Of a stretch of 11,438 nt of DNA, positions 7,439-11,438 are shown in pieces. Both the position numbers and the translations under genes were made by a program. The notes under the pieces are model-generated. The model did no database searches and was not told the origin of the DNA. It was given only the letters and a program-made list of their open reading frames with translations. The stretch covers positions 1 through 11,438 of the forward strand of contig JAHLWP010000067.1 of assembly GCA_019057865.1 (NCBI GenBank), in the 5' to 3' direction. Numbering within the stretch: position 1 is the stretch's first letter; each line of letters begins with the position of its first letter. This DNA comes from Promethearchaeota archaeon. Lineage in GTDB: Archaea > Asgardarchaeota > Lokiarchaeia > Sigyniarchaeales > SOKP01.

Positions 7439-7445
7439 ATCACCT
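7439..7445 (-). promoter_or_regulatory. Shine-Dalgarno site AGGTGAT
   Basis: The minus strand reads AAGGTGATCAAAA-ATT, a perfect complement of the conserved 16S 3' tail AUCACCU. Confidence 0.7.
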
Positions 7446-7626
7446 TAATTTATAATTTTATAGATTGTTAGAATAAATTATTTATAAATAAAAAATATAA
7501 ACATTAATTTATAACGGAAAAACTTTTTTAGAGTATTAATTTTATTTATCTATACCATTTTATAAATACAATAGCTTAATTAATTTTTAATTTATCTCGT
7601 TAGCAAGAGAGGAAATAAAAATTATC

Positions 7627-7634
7627 TTTAAGAA
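7627..7634 (+). promoter_or_regulatory. Putative TATA box of the tRNA gene
   Basis: TTTAAGAA begins 27 nt upstream of tRNA G1, with an A-rich tract upstream. Confidence 0.5.
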
Positions 7635-7653
7635 GGGACGCCTATTCCTCAAA

Positions 7654-7755
7654 GGGAGGGTGGTCTAGCTTGGTATGATACTATAGGGAGTTTCTCTATA
7701 GCATGATTCTTGGTTTGGGACCAAGGGGTCGGGGGTTCAATTCCCCCCTCTCCCA
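7654..7755 (+). tRNA. tRNA-Pro(UGG) with a 28-nt intron (7680-7707) at position 25/26; CCA not encoded
   Basis: Acceptor stem GGGAGGG/CTCTCCC with discriminator A73. D arm GTCTAGCTTGGTATGAT. Anticodon arm CTTGG-TTTGGGA-CCAAG with TGG at 7716-7718. T arm GGGGG-TTCAATT-CCCCC. Confidence 0.95.
7680..7707 (+). other. BHB-type tRNA intron
   Basis: Central 4-bp helix TATG/CATG, 3-nt bulges ATA (7678-7680) and ATT (7706-7708), and intron hairpin CTATAGGGA-GTT-TCTCTATAG. Cutting after the second bulge nucleotide on each side restores a normal cloverleaf. Confidence 0.88.
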
Positions 7756-7870
7756 TAACTTTCTGAATTTAAAAATTATTTAATCTTGGAACCTTAAAAA
7801 TTTATATTTGGAATTCCTTATTATTTTCATAAATAAGGACAAGAAATTTTAGTTAAATTAATACCTTAAA

Positions 7871-9355
7871 ATGAGACAAGAAATTCAAAAGGATATATCT
7901 ACTATAAAGAAATTTAAAGTTTACAAGTGGATGTATCAGTGTAAACGATGTCATACAAAATTACTTATAGTTTCATATTATTTTCATCATGAACATATTC
8001 ATTGTATCGGCGATGTGCTAAAATTAGATAAAGAGCTAATGAGAATCTATTCTTTTATTGAAGAAAAATATGATAAATCCCATGGAAGAAAGTTAATCAC
8101 AAATTGGTGTCCTCATTGTGAATTGATCATAAGTAATAAATCTATAGCAGTAAATATAGCAAAAGAACTTATCCCAAAAGGTCTACAAAATTTTGAAGAT
8201 GCATTAATCCATAATGATTTAACATTGATGGACTTGAAAACAAATATTTATGAGCAATATGGCTTGGATTCGCAACAAGCCAAAGTTTTAAAAGACATTG
8301 AAGTAATCATTGGTTTCACACTCGTACCAGCAAAACGCATTACTTCTTTTTTGCCGGGAATCATAATTGAAAATAATAAAGTAATAGGTTTAAGCCTAAG
8401 TTATTGTAACTTGCAATCGTTTCCTAAATCTATATGTAATTTAACTAGATTAAAGAAGTTAAATTTAAGTTTTAATGGTATTAAAAGTATTCCCGAATGC
8501 TTTAAGAAATTAGAACATCTTGATGAGTTAGATTTATCGCATAATCCTTTATTTCCCTTTCCTGAAATAATTACGCAGTTAAAATCTTTAAAAAAGTTAA
8601 AGTTAATCGTTAATTCATTTACAAGAATACCAGAATCGATAGGAAATTTAGCATCACTAGAGGATTTAGCGATTCATCGATTTGCTAAAATTTCACCACT
8701 TCCAAAATCGTTAGGGAATTTGACGTCCTTAAAAAGATTAAGTATAATGGGATCGCGTATTGGAGAAATACCTCAATCAATAGGTAATCTTAAATCTCTT
8801 GAATTTTTACGTTTAGATTCAAAGGATTTAAATGAATTACCAGAATCAATTAGCAAACTTAAATCACTTAAAAAATTTTATTTTAATTATAAAGAAACCA
8901 TGGATATTCCAGAATCCGTACAAAAAATGATAAGAAAAATACAAAAACCTAAAGAGTTGATTGAAGTAAAGAAAACTTATAGCAGTACAGTCGAAGTAGA
9001 AATTAAAAGAATTAAAATCGATCCAAAATTGTGTGTTAAGGATAATAACAAAATTCAAAGAGAAGAAATTCATAAATGGGAATGGGAAGATACAAAATGG
9101 GAGAAAGTAGATGATGATATAGTGTTTGCTTATGATGAGATCTATGTCATACCGAGTGTAGAAGTTTCAGGCTCAAATAGACTTCTCCCTAGATGGTTAT
9201 ATATTAAAAGAATTGGAGGCATCCGAGTAAAGGATCTTAAAGAAGCATATTATAATTATCTACCAGATTATGGAGATTATCAGTTTTTTGAATCATTTGA
9301 ATATATGTATGATTACAATAAAATCCCTGTATATTATCTATTTATAGGTTCTTAG
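7871..9355 (+). CDS. Leucine-rich-repeat protein with an N-terminal zinc ribbon and an unrecognised C-terminal domain
   Basis: CKRC (aa 24-27) and CPHC (aa 80-83), about 8 LRRs of 23-24 aa (LxxLxLxxNxLxxLPESIGNLxS), then an aromatic/acidic tail of about 110 aa. Confidence 0.88.
   Translation: MRQEIQKDISTIKKFKVYKWMYQCKRCHTKLLIVSYYFHHEHIHCIGDVLKLDKELMRIYSFIEEKYDKSHGRKLITNWCPHCELIISNKSIAVNIAKELIPKGLQNFEDALIHNDLTLMDLKTNIYEQYGLDSQQAKVLKDIEVIIGFTLVPAKRITSFLPGIIIENNKVIGLSLSYCNLQSFPKSICNLTRLKKLNLSFNGIKSIPECFKKLEHLDELDLSHNPLFPFPEIITQLKSLKKLKLIVNSFTRIPESIGNLASLEDLAIHRFAKISPLPKSLGNLTSLKRLSIMGSRIGEIPQSIGNLKSLEFLRLDSKDLNELPESISKLKSLKKFYFNYKETMDIPESVQKMIRKIQKPKELIEVKKTYSSTVEVEIKRIKIDPKLCVKDNNKIQREEIHKWEWEDTKWEKVDDDIVFAYDEIYVIPSVEVSGSNRLLPRWLYIKRIGGIRVKDLKEAYYNYLPDYGDYQFFESFEYMYDYNKIPVYYLFIGS
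8381..8930 (+). repeat. About 8 tandem LRR units (69-72 nt period)
   Basis: The 23-24 aa periodicity is visible in the protein. CCAGAATC-type codons recur near 8630, 8840 and 8909. Confidence 0.85.
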
Positions 9356-9461
9356 AAATCTTAAGTAGGACTGATTTCTGCTTTATATTTCGATATCAGA
9401 ATAAGTAAAAAAGATTATATAGTGAATAAATTTGGACCTTTCTTAGCAGGACCTTCAAATT

Positions 9462-9743
9462 CTAAGTTAATTCTTCTATTTCTATTGATTCTTCTGTATT
9501 GAAATAACTTTCAGCGATTACCTCATGAACAGATGAGATAAGAGACAACATAATAGCAGGGTTATTAGATGTAATTCTATAGTATTCATAGATTCTACTC
9601 TTTATAGAATAATTTACTTGATCTTTGAAAAATTTTAAGATTTCTTGAATATCCTTATCAAAATCTTTATGTTTTTGTATCCAAGCAATAATAACTTTCT
9701 TGTTACGCTTTTTATTGGTTTTTACTTTAGTTTTTACAATCAT
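9462..9743 (-). CDS. Hypothetical protein, 93 aa
   Basis: ATG start, basic N-terminus and acidic C-terminus. It fills an otherwise empty gap. No family recognised. Confidence 0.65.
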   Translation of the reverse strand: MIVKTKVKTNKKRNKKVIIAWIQKHKDFDKDIQEILKFFKDQVNYSIKSRIYEYYRITSNNPAIMLSLISSVHEVIAESYFNTEESIEIEELT

Positions 9744-9977
9744 TTTACCATTTGTTTTAAATACTTTAATGAAGTCCGATCAGCTTAACATTATTATAAC
9801 TTAATATATTTAAAGAAAAAGAATTTTAAATAAAAAAAAGAAGTTTGAAAAATTCTAAGTATTCATAGATCTTTGGATAATAATAATGCGAGCATTCAGA
9901 AATGCTTGTGAAATCTCGGCAAATCTTTTAACTCTAATATTAAAAAAGAAAATAAGTAATTCTATATTAATTTTACA

Positions 9978-11438
9978 TTACTTTTCAGAAACCGTTTTAT
10001 CTAAATCATGTACAATCAATTTTGTTGTATTTTTCTCATTGAATTTCAATCTGCTCTTATTTAACTCATCATCAATTCCGGCTATTTTCTTAACCATCGT
10101 TTTTCGGGCTTCAATGTCATATTGGGTTGTAATAGCTATTTCCTCCATAACTGGACTTCCTCCTCCGTGGTAGCTTCCAAAGAGATGGATTCCTCCTGTT
10201 GCAGAACACAGGCCATCACCAATGTACCGCCAGAATTGTGCAGCATTTTCAGGCGCAATTTTTGGGTTTCTAGTAATATACTTATATAGATGATCCTTGA
10301 GTTTTGGATTAACAAAATCTCTTTCGTGTGGGAAAGTTGCTGGAATACCACCACAAATATCCGTAATTATCTCAGCTTCACGGAATACATTTTCTCCGGT
10401 TAAGCATCTTCCAACATTACAATAAATTGAGTTTGGAATGTAGCTTCCTGGCCCATAAGGAATAAATCCTACTCCAGGCATGTATATTTCTGGTTTTCCT
10501 AAATCAGAAGCAGTGTATCCCGCAGCATAACCAAGTTCTGTAACTAAGATTAATTCTGCCAATTTATGCCTAACATGTGTTGCCTTAGCTATGTTGTTAT
10601 ATTCCGCAGCCAAAGCTGCTGTTCCCGTCATTATGTCTCCAATTGCGGGTTTGCATCCCGAGTAACTATGGCGGTGAAAGAGACCAAATAGTAAGGCAAG
10701 GGCACCCCCATGCAGGTATTCCCCGCATAAAAAGACTCTTTCCCATGGTACAAAAACATCGTCAAAAATTAAGTAAGAATCCGTGGCTCCTGGCTGAAAA
10801 CCACGTGGAAAATATTCCCTCTTTCGAAGATTGTGAATTGTTACCACTTGGGTTACTCCCTCATAATCTCCAGGTACAGCGAACGCAACCGCATAATCTT
10901 TATCTTCTGGTCTTAAAGCTCTTGTTGGGATGACTAGTAGTTCGTCAGAAACAGAAGCTTCCGAAATATGAAGCTTACAACCGCGAACTATAATTCCATC
11001 TTTCTTCTTTTCTACAACATGGACATACATATCAGGATCTGCTTGATCAGCAGGACGCTTAATTCGATCACCTTTTACATCAGTTTGAGCACCAGCTGCA
11101 ACTAAATCTTCCTGTTGAAATCTTAATAGCCATTTTTTAAAATTTTCGTGGTAATGAGATTCTCCATTATTTAGTTTATCAGCCTCATATGAAACATTGT
11201 ATATCGCATTCGCTGCATCGCAACCCATGCATCGCTGAATGCATCCGCCAACTTTTTGACATAATTTCCGCGTCATATCTTGCTTTTTATGAAGGTCTTC
11301 AGTACTATGATGAATATGCGTAAATCGATTAATAATTTCACCCGTAAGATGAGATTTTACTTGTACTAATTCTTTGTATTCAGGATCGTCGAAGGCTTCG
11401 AAGGTAGTTCCAATCGTATTTAGACAAGCCATTTGGCG
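9978..11438 (-). CDS. 4-hydroxybutyryl-CoA dehydratase / HpaB-fold FAD [4Fe-4S] protein, N-terminus outside the window
   Basis: GGCIQRCMGCDA (CxxxC), QTDVKGDR, GIIVRGCKLH, FDDVFVPWERVFL, HRHSYSGCK (H-x6-C) and HGGGSP. The frame stays open to the window edge (CGC CAA ATG...). Confidence 0.88.
   Translation of the reverse strand, partial: RQMACLNTIGTTFEAFDDPEYKELVQVKSHLTGEIINRFTHIHHSTEDLHKKQDMTRKLCQKVGGCIQRCMGCDAANAIYNVSYEADKLNNGESHYHENFKKWLLRFQQEDLVAAGAQTDVKGDRIKRPADQADPDMYVHVVEKKKDGIIVRGCKLHISEASVSDELLVIPTRALRPEDKDYAVAFAVPGDYEGVTQVVTIHNLRKREYFPRGFQPGATDSYLIFDDVFVPWERVFLCGEYLHGGALALLFGLFHRHSYSGCKPAIGDIMTGTAALAAEYNNIAKATHVRHKLAELILVTELGYAAGYTASDLGKPEIYMPGVGFIPYGPGSYIPNSIYCNVGRCLTGENVFREAEIITDICGGIPATFPHERDFVNPKLKDHLYKYITRNPKIAPENAAQFWRYIGDGLCSATGGIHLFGSYHGGGSPVMEEIAITTQYDIEARKTMVKKIAGIDDELNKSRLKFNEKNTTKLIVHDLDKTVSEK

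Noticed and set aside
8864-9073. 69-aa Phe-rich minus-strand ORF
   Set aside because: The composition reflects the A-rich sense strand of the LRR gene.
7756-9460. tRNA-integrated mobile element carrying the LRR gene
   Set aside because: There is no integrase and no duplicate of the tRNA 3' end. The GGACCTT pair at 9434/9449 is only 7 bp and unrelated to the tRNA.
9886-10933. Track ORFs 9886-10173, 10136-10354 and 10643-10933
   Set aside because: They overlap the dehydratase-family gene in antisense or alternative frames and have no independent support.
1-11438. CRISPR array, IS/transposase or rRNA
   Set aside because: No regularly spaced repeats, transposase motifs or rRNA-like segment were seen.

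Overview
Strongly AT-rich archaeal chromosomal window, most likely Asgard/Lokiarchaeia. This is inferred from an archaemetzincin, a BHB-intron tRNA with no encoded CCA, GGTGA-type Shine-Dalgarno sites, a soluble multi-PAS kinase and a 23-aa LRR protein. Gene order: 3' end of lysA (+), convergent with dapB-dapA (-); a cytoplasmic 5xPAS histidine kinase and stand-alone receiver; an ADP-ribosylglycohydrolase; archaemetzincin (-); an unannotated 72-aa zinc-ribbon protein (-); tRNA-Pro(UGG) with a non-canonical 25/26 intron; a Zn-ribbon/LRR protein; a small hypothetical; and a 5'-truncated 4-hydroxybutyryl-CoA dehydratase-family gene (-). The most interesting signal is non-coding. The lysA/dapB gap holds a complete box C/D'/C'/D guide-RNA architecture with its own TATA-like box, enclosed in a 19/20-bp inverted repeat. 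Its D-guide is complementary to SSU rRNA helix 34 and points at the G that eukaryotic U25/SNORD25 and snR56 methylate. Two genes also appear to start at AUA and AUU behind strong SD sites.
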